Shown here one piece after another: positions 18,720 to 28,630 of a stretch of 64,000 nucleotides of DNA. Position 1 is the stretch's first letter. Each line of letters begins with the position of its first letter. A program made the position numbers and the translations under genes. Origin of the DNA: Candidatus Latescibacterota bacterium (GTDB lineage Bacteria; Latescibacterota; UBA2968); the NCBI GenBank assembly GCA_965222605.1, contig OZ244960.1, positions 6,080,001-6,144,000 on the forward strand, read 5' to 3'. The notes under the pieces were generated by a model. That model searched no databases and was not told the DNA's origin. It saw only the letters and a list, made by a program, of their open reading frames with translations.

Positions 18720-20075
18720 TTTTTATTCTCTGATCAAACGCACCTGAAAAACAACAGGCCCCAACTCGAGTTGATCGTTGTTTTGCAATACCACTGGTTC
18801 GCGCGGGTTGAGCGGGCTTCCATTGATCCGGGTGCCATTCAGGGCGTTCAGATCTTCTGCATATAGAGCCTCGGCGGTATAGACAAGCCTGACGTGCTCG
18901 CGGGATACGGCTTCGTGGTCGATAATATATTCGGCGTTGGCAGGGCTTCTTCCAAGCGTGACACCTGAAGACAGGGCCAATGCCGAGATATTCAACACAA
19001 AGGATTGGCCCGCGTTGTCCCGACCTTCTAATAGACATCTGTAAGGCGCGGGCTGTGGTGTCTGCGCGGCGGCTTGTTGCGCGGCTTCAGCCTTTTGTTC
19101 TGCTTCGCTCAAGCGAGAAGAACTCGTCTGCAATTGCGCCTTTTTCCTGCGCGCAAACATGAACCAGCCGAGAAGCACAAGGAGTATCAGGGCAGCCCCG
19201 GACACAATGGCCCATTTCAAATGTTGCGATGTTTCCTCAAGCGCCTGTATGATACTATCCTGTACTACTTTTCGTCTGGCGATACTATCCTGTATTGCTT
19301 TTTCCAGGGAATCGGTCCTTGCCTGTGCTCTTTTGAGGCGATCTTGTTCGGCTTGGAGACGGTCTTTTTCTGCCTGGAGACGATCTTCTGCCGCCCTTGC
19401 CGTCTTTTTTATAGAATCTTCTCGCGCTCGTGTTAAAGAATCGGTCTTTGCCTGTGCCCGTCTTAAACTGTCTTCTCGCGCTTCTGCGCGTTCAATAGCA
19501 CTCAAGCAGGCTTCTTCTTCTACTGTATGTGCAATTTCCCGGTCTTTGAGCACGGTAATGATATCGCCGCTGCGCAAGGCAAAAATTATTCCTCTGGGTT
19601 CCGCATCTCTCCGAAAGGGCCAGCGTGCGCTTTCCGGGTCCGGGAGGTTGATGGCGATGACATCCCCACATTCATTGAACAGGGGCATGCCGAATGCACT
19701 GGAAGTGATCAGGGCATTGTGCTGTAGCAGATGCACTACGGGATCGTCCGGGTTTTTGCCCGGCACATCCTGGTATGCACCAATGGTACCGCGAGCAATC
19801 TGGACACTATCCTGGGGAATAAACTTCAAAGTTTCCACACTCCGGCCCACATCAGCCCCTTGTTCGGACAAGTTGAGAGGCGGTAAATCCAGACCCTGCG
19901 CTTGCAATAAGGCGAGGTTCATTTCCCGGCTGGTAAAGATCTGCTGCGACGATAGTTCGGCACCGGTTTTCAGGGCCAGTACAGATAGTCTGTTTGCGTC
20001 CGATAGAAGGTGTGCATTTGTCAGCACATATCCCTCTGCATTAACGACAAAGCCGCTTCCTTCAGCTATTATTCT

Positions 20076-21123
20076 ACGTGATGTGTGACTTTAAATAGCG
20101 AAAAAGAGGTTCCTCGGCTATCTTGAATTGTTCACTAAACAAGAAGCCATTCAACGAAAGGAACCTCCGATGTATAATTTAGACCTTTTTGTCATTGCAA
20201 TCTACTGTTTTATTGAAGACGAACTCTATCCGGCTTTCTGTAAGGTGCATGGCAAGCCCCGTCGGGCAGGCTTTGACCCCGGTTTAAGTGATGCCGAATG
20301 CCTCACCATAGAAATCGTGGGTCACTTTTTGGGATATTCAAGCCAGAAAAAACTTTATGAGCAGATGAAAGAACACTTCATAGATTGGTTTCCCACTTTG
20401 AAAGACCGTCCTGCCTTTGTGCGTCAATGTGCCAATTTGTGGGTTGTCAAGATGTGGATGCAACAGCGGATTGTTGCCAGCTTGGAAGGGCATCAGGCAT
20501 CCTGCCAGATCATAGATACGCTACCCTTACCGATCTGTAAACTGGCAAGGCGACATTATCGCAAGATATTTACAAGAGAGCCAGTCTTTGAGTTCCCTCC
20601 CCCCTCAAAAGGCTTTTGTGCCGCCAAAAGTGAAGCATATTTTGGCTTTAAGGGTGGCCTTAGGATCACGGATTATGGTCTTATTGTCCACGCGCCGATC
20701 CTGCAAGCGTATGGACACGACAAGAACTGCCGAGACGCACTCCTGAATGGTACGATGGGAGAGACAACCGTCTTGGCAGATGCGGCATTTATGGACTTGG
20801 ACTGGCAAAAAAGGTGTTTTGATACCTACCGCATACGCATAAAGACACCCTTAAAGTCCAATATGAAAGAAAATCCTGAACGCACCCCTTTCATTTTGCC
20901 CAAAGCGAAGAAAGCCACAAGGCGATTAGTCGAAACCGTTTATGCACAATTGACAGAACGTTTACATATTGCCCGCATGAAAGTGCGAGATGCATGGCAC
21001 TTATTGAACCTGTGGCATACCAAAATCTTAACCCATACCATGTGTGTCTTTCTCAATATTATCAATTACAGAGACCCGCTGGATTTTGACGGTCTCGTAA
21101 AATTTTGAAGTCACACATCGCGT
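20076..21123 (+). mobile_element. IS982-family insertion sequence
   Basis: Terminal IRs ACGTGATGTGTGACTTTAA / TTGAAGTCACACATCGCGT; 8-bp target duplication ATTATTCT at 20068..20075 and 21124..21131; 1048 bp long. Confidence 0.92.
20128..21108 (+). CDS. IS982-family DDE transposase (start may be ATG 20170)
   Basis: LSDAECLTI, FPTL.DR..F.R, IIDTLPLPIC, YFGFK, LAD, RRLVETVYAQL. Confidence 0.9.
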   Translation: MFTKQEAIQRKEPPMYNLDLFVIAIYCFIEDELYPAFCKVHGKPRRAGFDPGLSDAECLTIEIVGHFLGYSSQKKLYEQMKEHFIDWFPTLKDRPAFVRQCANLWVVKMWMQQRIVASLEGHQASCQIIDTLPLPICKLARRHYRKIFTREPVFEFPPPSKGFCAAKSEAYFGFKGGLRITDYGLIVHAPILQAYGHDKNCRDALLNGTMGETTVLADAAFMDLDWQKRCFDTYRIRIKTPLKSNMKENPERTPFILPKAKKATRRLVETVYAQLTERLHIARMKVRDAWHLLNLWHTKILTHTMCVFLNIINYRDPLDFDGLVKF

Positions 21124-21268
21124 ATTATTCTGTTATTTTTGTACGCACGCACCCGCACAATGCTTTCAGATACGACATCGACATCTATTTCTGCAAACAC
21201 AGGACTGAGGAAAAGGAATACCACGAGATGCACAAACAGAGAAACACGCATGGCAATCTCCTATACCA

Positions 21269-21297
21269 GGGGGCGAACACAGGGGTTCGTCCCTGCG
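21269..21297. repeat. REP-like palindrome
   Basis: GGGGCGAAC-ACAGGG-GTTCGTCCC hairpin just upstream of the operon start. Confidence 0.5.
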
Positions 21298-21546
21298 ATG
21301 TCTGCCCCTATAATTGACAACTGACGTTACGCAATACCCAGGTATGGCGCGGCAAACAATTATCCACATACGATGTGGTTTACGTTGTGCATTTGGGTCA
21401 ACGAGGTTTATCTGGCAGAACCTGTACCCGTTTAGCTATTATTTTTTACTATATCGGTTTTAGACATACGTTTGTATTGATTTCGAAAATAATAATAATT
21501 TCTTCTTATAAGCCAATACCTGCTTTTAGCAAAATAATATGACTAA

Positions 21547-21840
21547 CTGATGTTACGCATGTCTCGCGTTTCTGTCATGCTGAGGCGGGCGCAATGAATC
21601 TCCTGCGCCCAACCCCCGATAGGCTGACGAAGCATCTTTTACCTCTGAAGTAATAGATGAACTGCTATCGCAGTTGTACAGGTATAAGAAAGTAAAGTAA
21701 AAAAAGTGCCAAATTCGAGAGTCGAGCGGGTGATCCTCACAGGTATGTCTCAGGGCTTTACACAGGTATGTCACCGTTCCTTCGACTCCGCTGCGCTCAG
21801 AATGACAGGCACATTATATTGTGCTTGTGCGTAACGTCAG
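21547..21840. mobile_element. Non-autonomous MITE-like element (294 bp)
   Basis: TIR CTGATGTTACGCA / TGCGTAACGTCAG (12/13 match); flanking direct repeat TGACTAA at 21540..21546 and 21841..21847; no ORF of note. Confidence 0.78.
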
Positions 21841-22068
21841 TGACTAAAAAAATTTACAAGCTAAGTTAATAATGCAAATTCAGGGGGGCAAGCGATTAAA
21901 AAGCAAGTGGCGAGCAAGTGGCTGAGGAATGTTGTATTCTTTTTTCTGCATTGTGCTGTTGCTAATCTCGAGGTCTAACACTATCTTGTGGGGCGATTTG
22001 TTTGCCTCGTTAAACTGCTGGACTAACGTTGTGCCATTTGCCTGGCGTTCTGGTCGGAAGGATGTGCT

Positions 22069-23880
22069 ATGGATGTGTTAGTGGATGAAGTCAAATTGCC
22101 GTCGCACTTAGATCGTCTGACAGATACGGCTCTGGATCTCAGGCGCGTACAGGGTATGGTGCGCGTTGGTCCAGAGGAGTTATTTGTGATACTGAGTGGC
22201 TCCTTGTTCAAGTTGACGACAGAGAGTGCCGTCCTCGAACCCGTGGATGCATTTGATTCTGTGACGCGCTTATGGCCGGCCGATGAAAATTGCGCGTTGG
22301 TCGAATCGGAAGGCGCGCTATGGCGGGTTGATCTGGATGGTACAAAGGGGCGTTTGCTCACTATTCCCAGGGGGACAATTTCCTGTGATGTCAAGTGGAG
22401 TGTGCGGGGATTGATCGTAGGTGCTCTTGTGGATCGCCGTGCGCCTGTGGATCCCAAAGTACCTTATTTTTATCCGACACAGAGAGAAAAGGTCACGCTG
22501 TGTCGATATGCTTCAATCGAGGGTTGGCACGATCTTGCCGATGTGCCAGAAGGATGCGGTAGTTTGAGTATGTGTCGGTATGGCCGTCGAATCGCGTGGA
22601 GAGAATCCCTTAATGTGGTTCCCGAAGAAGCGCAGCGGGGGGAGTTTTACGGTTTTGATTTGAATACAAATGAGGTACGGAAGCTGACCGAGGGCGCGGG
22701 CAAAGTCGGGCGCGTGGTGGTGGCCTCGGATGGCTCTGCGTTGCTTTACGAAGCCAATCACGAGGCAGAGTATCCCATTACAACGCATACAGATTTGTGG
22801 TGGTTGTCATGGGATGGCAGCGAACGGGTGAATCTCACAGAGGGTGGGCGCTGTATTGCGCGCTTTGGTTGGGGACCCCGCGAAAAAACCGCCTGGGTAT
22901 CGTTTGTGGAGGGGGTGGAAACGCAGACGGAAGTGCTGGCTTTGGACGGCACGCCAGAAGGGACATTTGGCGACCTGGACGCGGTATCAGATATTGTGTG
23001 GATGCCCGACGGTCTGGCTATTTTTGAGACCGAAAACGCGGAGCGATTCCCCGCAATTTGGACGGGAACGCGCCGTGTGCCCTTGCCTCAGCCAGCGAAT
23101 TACGAAGATTTGCGCGTTTTAGAAATGGAATGGGAAGCTCCCGATGGCATGGAGATCGAAGGGGTGCTCTACGAAGCAGATCGCCTGATAGGCTCTGCAC
23201 CGTTGCTGGTTTCGGCACACGGCGGGCCTGCCGCGCCAGTGGAAAATGTGCGGAGTGAGGCGGTCCGATATCGCCATTTGCTGCGGGCGGGCTACCGGGT
23301 TTTTCGTCCGGCATTTCGGGGATCTCTGGGGTTTGGAGACAATTTCGCACGGAGCAATATCGGATGCCAGGGGCGGGCTGATCTCGAGGATATTATTTCG
23401 GGTGTTGATTTTTTGATTGAAGAGGGGCTTGCATTAAAAAACCGGGTGGGTATTTTCGGTGGGTCTTATGGGGGATATATGACGTTGCGGGCACTAACTG
23501 TGACGGACCGATTCCATGCCGGTGTCGCGCTTTTCGGTTTTATCGACAACCGGCGGATGACCTTAGAGACGGGTGATTTTACGTATGAGACAGAGTATTT
23601 GGAACCGCTATCGTGGCCGATTACAGAGCGTACGCGCGGGGGCGATGTGTTTCCCAATTTGGGTGCGATTCGCACACCGCTTCTGTTGTTGCACGGCGAC
23701 CAGGATCCGATTTGTCCGCTGTCGGAATCCAAAGTCACCTGTCGCGCGCTAGAAGCACTGGGGGTGCCGGTGGGCCTTGTGGTGTATCCGGGCGAGGGCC
23801 ACGGATTTCGGAAAGAAAAAAATCGCCGAGATAGTGCGCGGCGGACACTGGCCTGGTTTTTGAATTATCTGCCGCCGTGA
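22069..23880 (+). CDS. S9 family (prolyl oligo/acylaminoacyl) peptidase
   Basis: HGGP, RGSLGFG, GGSYGG, HGDQD, YPGEGHGF; N-terminal propeller region. Confidence 0.92.
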   Translation: MDVLVDEVKLPSHLDRLTDTALDLRRVQGMVRVGPEELFVILSGSLFKLTTESAVLEPVDAFDSVTRLWPADENCALVESEGALWRVDLDGTKGRLLTIPRGTISCDVKWSVRGLIVGALVDRRAPVDPKVPYFYPTQREKVTLCRYASIEGWHDLADVPEGCGSLSMCRYGRRIAWRESLNVVPEEAQRGEFYGFDLNTNEVRKLTEGAGKVGRVVVASDGSALLYEANHEAEYPITTHTDLWWLSWDGSERVNLTEGGRCIARFGWGPREKTAWVSFVEGVETQTEVLALDGTPEGTFGDLDAVSDIVWMPDGLAIFETENAERFPAIWTGTRRVPLPQPANYEDLRVLEMEWEAPDGMEIEGVLYEADRLIGSAPLLVSAHGGPAAPVENVRSEAVRYRHLLRAGYRVFRPAFRGSLGFGDNFARSNIGCQGRADLEDIISGVDFLIEEGLALKNRVGIFGGSYGGYMTLRALTVTDRFHAGVALFGFIDNRRMTLETGDFTYETEYLEPLSWPITERTRGGDVFPNLGAIRTPLLLLHGDQDPICPLSESKVTCRALEALGVPVGLVVYPGEGHGFRKEKNRRDSARRTLAWFLNYLPP

Positions 23881-25073
23881 GGATAGTGGTCGTAGTTCGC
23901 CATGTCATAAGGCTGCGTTGAGATTGCCCAACTGCCGCCGAGTTCCGAGAAGAGTTTGCCCGTGCGAAAGCTGCGATCTAACAGGTCATCCAGACCGTTG
24001 ATGATGTGGAAGGTTGCGCCATCGCGTTCGACGACTTCAATTTCACGGCGATCAACTGCGGCGATATTGGGACAGCTTTCGTGTGCGCCATTGACACACA
24101 GGGTTTGTGCTCGCGCGACTTCTGGCGGGCACAGGGGCGTGGCGTTGTTTTGCAGTACGTCGATGGCGTTGTGAAATGGGCCGTGGTGGTCGCGCAAGTT
24201 GTGCTCTTCAAAGGATTCTGTACTGCCATCGTTATAGCGGATGATTGACCCTGGGCGGCTCCATTCGACCGTTCCACGCTCGCATTGGAGTTGCATGAGG
24301 GGGTTGAAGTTTTCGCGGGTGGAATGGGAGAGGCCGATGAGGACATCAACGCCATTTGCCAAAATGCGGAGTATGGCTGTGTCGAGTGTCTGGATATCGC
24401 GCGCGCGGTAGAGTTCGGCCTGTACGGTTTCGGGCATGGCCGATTCGTGATGGGTTGCGCCGCACAGAAACATCGCATTGTTGAGGTCGTGCGCCATGGC
24501 GTTGTTAATCGGGCTGTCGAGAACACAAGTGCCGTCGTCGAGTGTAAGCCGCCCTGCCCAGGGATTGCGGCTGTAATACAGGTTGTTGCGCGGCCATCCG
24601 CCTTTGATGCGAATGGCATGTAACTTGCCCAGCCGACCGTCCAGCAAGCGAATTTTGATGGTCTGGATGCTGGGAGCGTAGATCGATTGATACCCGATGA
24701 GCGCGATTTTGCCCGTTTTATTTTTTGTATTTATTAGATGATTAGCTTCCTGTACTGTGGCTGATAGTGGTTTTTCACATATGACATTGAATCCAGCTTC
24801 GAGTGCCGCGACGGAATAGGGTACGTGATAGTGAATGCCAATGGGCAAGGTGACGTAGTCTATGCCTCCTGCACTGAGCAGGTCGTCGAATGTATCGTAA
24901 ACGCGAACATTGCGGATTTCAAATTCGGCGAGTTTTTCGGGGTGGTTTTCCGGGTCAATGACAACGGCGGCGTCGAGGCGCGCGCGTCCCTCTCGTTCAA
25001 GTGCCTCGACAGAGCGTACGTGTGTCTGGCCAAATCCACCGATTCCAACAATGCCAAATTTTACGGGGTTCAT
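23865..25073 (-). CDS. Gfo/Idh/MocA oxidoreductase
   Basis: GIVGIGGFG, VICEKP. Confidence 0.9.
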   Translation of the reverse strand: MNPVKFGIVGIGGFGQTHVRSVEALEREGRARLDAAVVIDPENHPEKLAEFEIRNVRVYDTFDDLLSAGGIDYVTLPIGIHYHVPYSVAALEAGFNVICEKPLSATVQEANHLINTKNKTGKIALIGYQSIYAPSIQTIKIRLLDGRLGKLHAIRIKGGWPRNNLYYSRNPWAGRLTLDDGTCVLDSPINNAMAHDLNNAMFLCGATHHESAMPETVQAELYRARDIQTLDTAILRILANGVDVLIGLSHSTRENFNPLMQLQCERGTVEWSRPGSIIRYNDGSTESFEEHNLRDHHGPFHNAIDVLQNNATPLCPPEVARAQTLCVNGAHESCPNIAAVDRREIEVVERDGATFHIINGLDDLLDRSFRTGKLFSELGGSWAISTQPYDMANYDHYPHGGR

Positions 25074-25164
25074 AAATTGCTCCTTTGTATATTGAGAGAA
25101 TAATAAAGAAAACAAAAGCCATTACACGAGCAACTGAAATTAGCGGCACAAATCGCAGGAGGAC

Positions 25165-26154
25165 ATGATGAAAGACGTTTTATCTGTTGGACTGATTGGC
25201 GCAGGCTCGAATGCGGGGGGACATGCGCGCAGTATTAAAAACAATGACAATATCCGTCTGGCGGCGGTTATGGATATCGACCGCAGTCGGGCAGAGGCTC
25301 TTGCCGATCAGCACAACGCCCGCGCTTATGGGGTGTTGGACGATTTATTGAATGATCCCGAAGTGGATGCCGTGCATGTGTGTTCGATCCACAAAGCACA
25401 TGCCGAGCAGGTAGTTGCCGCAGCGCGTGCTGGGAAACATGTGCTGGTTGAAAAACCAATGGCGCTGTCTGTGGCTGAATGCGATCGCATGATTGCTGCG
25501 TGTGAAGATGCCGGTGTGGTGCTGATGGTGGGACAGGTGATGCGGCATTTTCCCGTAAATTTAAAGGCAAGGGCACTGATTCGAGAGGGTGCGATTGGCG
25601 AGGTTGGGCACATGATCCGCAGGCGATACGGCAATTTTGATCCGCCAGACCGATCATGGTATCTCGATTTGGAATTGGGCGGTGTTTGTGTTTTGTATTG
25701 TTTTGGTCCGCACGAGTACGATATTTTACCCTGGTATATCGATTCCCCGGTCGTAAAGGTATATTCACAGGGCAGCGAAAGCGCGGAGCGATACGCGGGA
25801 CAAAAGGATTCGTATTCGACGATTATGAATCACAAAAATGGCACAGTGAGTGTGCTGACACAAACTGTGGTGACGCATACTGGTGCGCACGATACGTATA
25901 TTATGGGTAGTGAAGGTTCTATTTGGATGACCAATCAAAAATTGATGGTCAATGGCAAAGAAGTGTCCATAGATGAGACAACGCGGGTGGGGATGCCCAA
26001 TCAGATTGGCGAATTTGTAGATTGTTGTCTCAATGGAAAAATGCCCGATGCCAATGGAAGATCTGCGCGGCATACGATGGCTGTGATTGAGGCGGCGAAG
26101 CTCAGTGCTGAGTCCGGTGAATCGGTGATAATAGCTAATGGAGAAGATAAATGA
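25165..26154 (+). CDS. Gfo/Idh/MocA oxidoreductase
   Basis: GLIGAG, AGKHVLVEKPMA. Confidence 0.9.
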   Translation: MMKDVLSVGLIGAGSNAGGHARSIKNNDNIRLAAVMDIDRSRAEALADQHNARAYGVLDDLLNDPEVDAVHVCSIHKAHAEQVVAAARAGKHVLVEKPMALSVAECDRMIAACEDAGVVLMVGQVMRHFPVNLKARALIREGAIGEVGHMIRRRYGNFDPPDRSWYLDLELGGVCVLYCFGPHEYDILPWYIDSPVVKVYSQGSESAERYAGQKDSYSTIMNHKNGTVSVLTQTVVTHTGAHDTYIMGSEGSIWMTNQKLMVNGKEVSIDETTRVGMPNQIGEFVDCCLNGKMPDANGRSARHTMAVIEAAKLSAESGESVIIANGEDK

Positions 26155-27611
26155 GTCAACCCAATGTGATTATTATCATGAGCGATCAGATGAAGGCAAC
26201 GGCGAGCCATTTATACGGTAGTGCGTTTTGTCAGACGCCGTCGTTAGAGCGGATGGCAAATGAGGGCGTGTTGTTCAAACACGCGGTCACACCGCATCCG
26301 CTGTGTGTGCCGTGTCGCATTTCATTTTGGACGTCACAGTTTCCGCATTCGCACGGTGGGCGGCGAAATCAGACGCTGATGCCGGGGGATGCCACGCATG
26401 CGTTTAAGCTGTGGAAAGCAGCGGGATACCGGTGCGGGTTGATTGGGAAAAATCACTGTTTTGAGCAACAAAGCGATCTCGATTTGTTCGATGTGTGGTG
26501 TGAGATTGCACACGGGGGATTGCCCAGAGATCCCGCGACAAAGGGGATGGATTGGTTTCGGTCTCTTGGGTCGATCGGGGCAGCACATGCGGTGAGGAAG
26601 AATATGCCGGATACCAGCCCGCAGTTTTCCTATGCGGTTAGCGATTTTCCTCTGGAGGATTATTCGACCGGGTTGGTGGCGGGGCAGACTGTGCGATTTT
26701 TAGAGCAATTTGGCAATGAGCCGTTCGCGCTGTGGGTTTCCATTCCCGATCCGCATACGCCTTATGAATGTCCCGAGCGATATGCGATTGCACCCGATGA
26801 TGTGGAGATGCCGCCCTGGCGAGCGGATGAGTATAGCGATGGTACAGCGCCCGAACGCAACCGGGTATTGCATGCGATGATTGGGGTGGAAGAGGATCCG
26901 ATTGAAGACGTAAAGGGTTGCGTGGGGGTGTATCACGGGATGGTGCGTTTTTTAGACGACGGCGTGGGGCAGATTTTAGATGCGCTGGATCGGCTCAATT
27001 TGCGCGAGAATACGATTGTGATTTTCTGCGCGGATCACGGTGATTTTTCGGGTGAACACGCGCAGATCGCCAAGGGGGGCGCGTTTTACGATTGTCTGAC
27101 GCGCGTGCCGCTTATTTTATCGTGGCCAGGGCAGGCTCCGCAGGGCGTGGTGGACGAGAGTTGTGTCAATTTGATCGATATTGTGCCGACGGTTTTGCAA
27201 TTGCAGGGGCACGATGTGCCGCGTTCTATGCACGGGGAGGGGTTGCCCACGGTTACGGATGCTGCACCGAGAGATGCGGCGTTTTCAGAATACGGCGCAG
27301 GAGGACCGGCATTTACAATGGCGGATTTGGAACAGCTTGAGAAACCCTGGGGGCGGCGGGCTATTGGACGGTCTCTGCAATGGCGCGAGGCCGAGGGCCG
27401 CCGCAAGATGGTGCGTACAGTCGAATGGAAGTATGTGCATGATCCTATGGGGGATCGGGATGAGTTGTATGATCTGGTGAATGATCCGTGGGAATTGTAC
27501 AATGTGATAGATAATGCCGATCACCGCGATGTCGTGACAGATTTGCAATTAAAATTGGCGGATTGGAGTATTCGCACAGAGGATGCGAGACCCGTTCCAA
27601 TACCGGCGTGA
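26151..27611 (+). CDS. Sulfatase
   Basis: PNVIIIMSDQ, CVPCR, DPHTP, ADHG, ELYDL.NDP.E. Confidence 0.93.
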   Translation: MSQPNVIIIMSDQMKATASHLYGSAFCQTPSLERMANEGVLFKHAVTPHPLCVPCRISFWTSQFPHSHGGRRNQTLMPGDATHAFKLWKAAGYRCGLIGKNHCFEQQSDLDLFDVWCEIAHGGLPRDPATKGMDWFRSLGSIGAAHAVRKNMPDTSPQFSYAVSDFPLEDYSTGLVAGQTVRFLEQFGNEPFALWVSIPDPHTPYECPERYAIAPDDVEMPPWRADEYSDGTAPERNRVLHAMIGVEEDPIEDVKGCVGVYHGMVRFLDDGVGQILDALDRLNLRENTIVIFCADHGDFSGEHAQIAKGGAFYDCLTRVPLILSWPGQAPQGVVDESCVNLIDIVPTVLQLQGHDVPRSMHGEGLPTVTDAAPRDAAFSEYGAGGPAFTMADLEQLEKPWGRRAIGRSLQWREAEGRRKMVRTVEWKYVHDPMGDRDELYDLVNDPWELYNVIDNADHRDVVTDLQLKLADWSIRTEDARPVPIPA

Positions 27612-27622
27612 GGGATATAACT

Positions 27623-28588
27623 ATGGGCCAACCACATCCGGAAATACAAAAATTCGTACAGACATTTGAAAATGCGATGCGCGGAGATGGGTTGACGGAT
27701 TTGCACAGCAGAGGGGTGGAGGCTGCAAGGGATTTTAACGATTCGCGCAAAATGCCAGATGATATGCTGCCGCCTATTTACCATGTAGAAGATAGCGCAA
27801 TCCCGGGTGCAGCGGGGGAGATCCCCATTCGCATTTATCGCCCCAATGATGACCGCGGGTTGCCGCTTCTCATGTGGTTTCACGGCGGTGGGTGGGTGCT
27901 GGGCGATCTGGATACGGGGGAGTTCAAGTGCAGAAAGCTCGCGCACGATGTCGGCTGTGTTGTCGTTTCAGTTGACTATCGCCGCGCGCCAGAAACGCCT
28001 TTTCCCGGTGCGATTGACGATTGTTTTGCCGCCACGTTATGGGCGGCGTCTTCAGCGGATGAATTGGGGACTGATCCCACCCGCATTGCCGTGGCTGGCG
28101 ATAGTGCCGGGGGCAATCTGGCCGCCTGTGTCGCCCTTCGCGCCCGCGATGCAGGACTAAATCTCGTTTTTCAATTGCTCGTGTATCCCGTTATCGAGGC
28201 AAATTTTGATCGTGCCTCTTATTCTGAAAATGCCGAAGGGTATTTGCTCACGGCCAGCGCGATGAAGTGGTTTTGGGATTGTTATATTCCCAATAGCGCA
28301 GACCGCACTCATCCCGATGTTGCGCCCATTCGCGCGTCTGATCTGTCTGGCCTTCCGCCCGCGCTGGTTATGACTGCTGAATTTGATCCTCTCCGCGACG
28401 AGGCTGAAGATTACGGCCATGCCTTAAAAGCCGCAGGTGTTGACGCTGTCACACGGCGTTATATGGGCATGACGCATGCGTTTTACATGCTGCCAACTGA
28501 AAATCCCGTTGATGAAATTGCCTCGGCGACGAATGAATCCACTGAGGCATTGCGTTGGGCTTTTACACGGGTATCGACATCGCATTGA
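27623..28588 (+). CDS. HSL-family alpha/beta hydrolase (esterase)
   Basis: HGGGW, VDYRRAPE, GDSAGG, DPLRDE, H.F. Confidence 0.93.
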   Translation: MGQPHPEIQKFVQTFENAMRGDGLTDLHSRGVEAARDFNDSRKMPDDMLPPIYHVEDSAIPGAAGEIPIRIYRPNDDRGLPLLMWFHGGGWVLGDLDTGEFKCRKLAHDVGCVVVSVDYRRAPETPFPGAIDDCFAATLWAASSADELGTDPTRIAVAGDSAGGNLAACVALRARDAGLNLVFQLLVYPVIEANFDRASYSENAEGYLLTASAMKWFWDCYIPNSADRTHPDVAPIRASDLSGLPPALVMTAEFDPLRDEAEDYGHALKAAGVDAVTRRYMGMTHAFYMLPTENPVDEIASATNESTEALRWAFTRVSTSH

Positions 28589-28630
28589 TGAACACAATAC
28601 AAATTACCGCCAAATACAGGAGGCCCTTAT

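Larger units (their letters stand above)
18723..21251 (-). pseudogene. Signal peptide-trypsin-like (probably inactive)-coiled coil-TM-FHA protein, split by IS982
   Basis: 5' part 21251..21124 (MRVSLFVHLVVFLFLSPVFAEID..SIVRVRAYKNNRI) rejoins in frame to IAEGSGFVVNAEGYVLTNAH at 20075 once the IS is removed; C-terminal FHA (LGR, VSREH, NGT). Confidence 0.88.

Noticed and set aside
19159-20088. 309-aa plus-strand ORF, and similar long antisense ORFs such as 12891..13463, 29775..30632, 30690..31436, 34149..34907 and 57858..58637
   Set aside because: These are shadow frames opposite well-supported genes and show no recognisable motifs.
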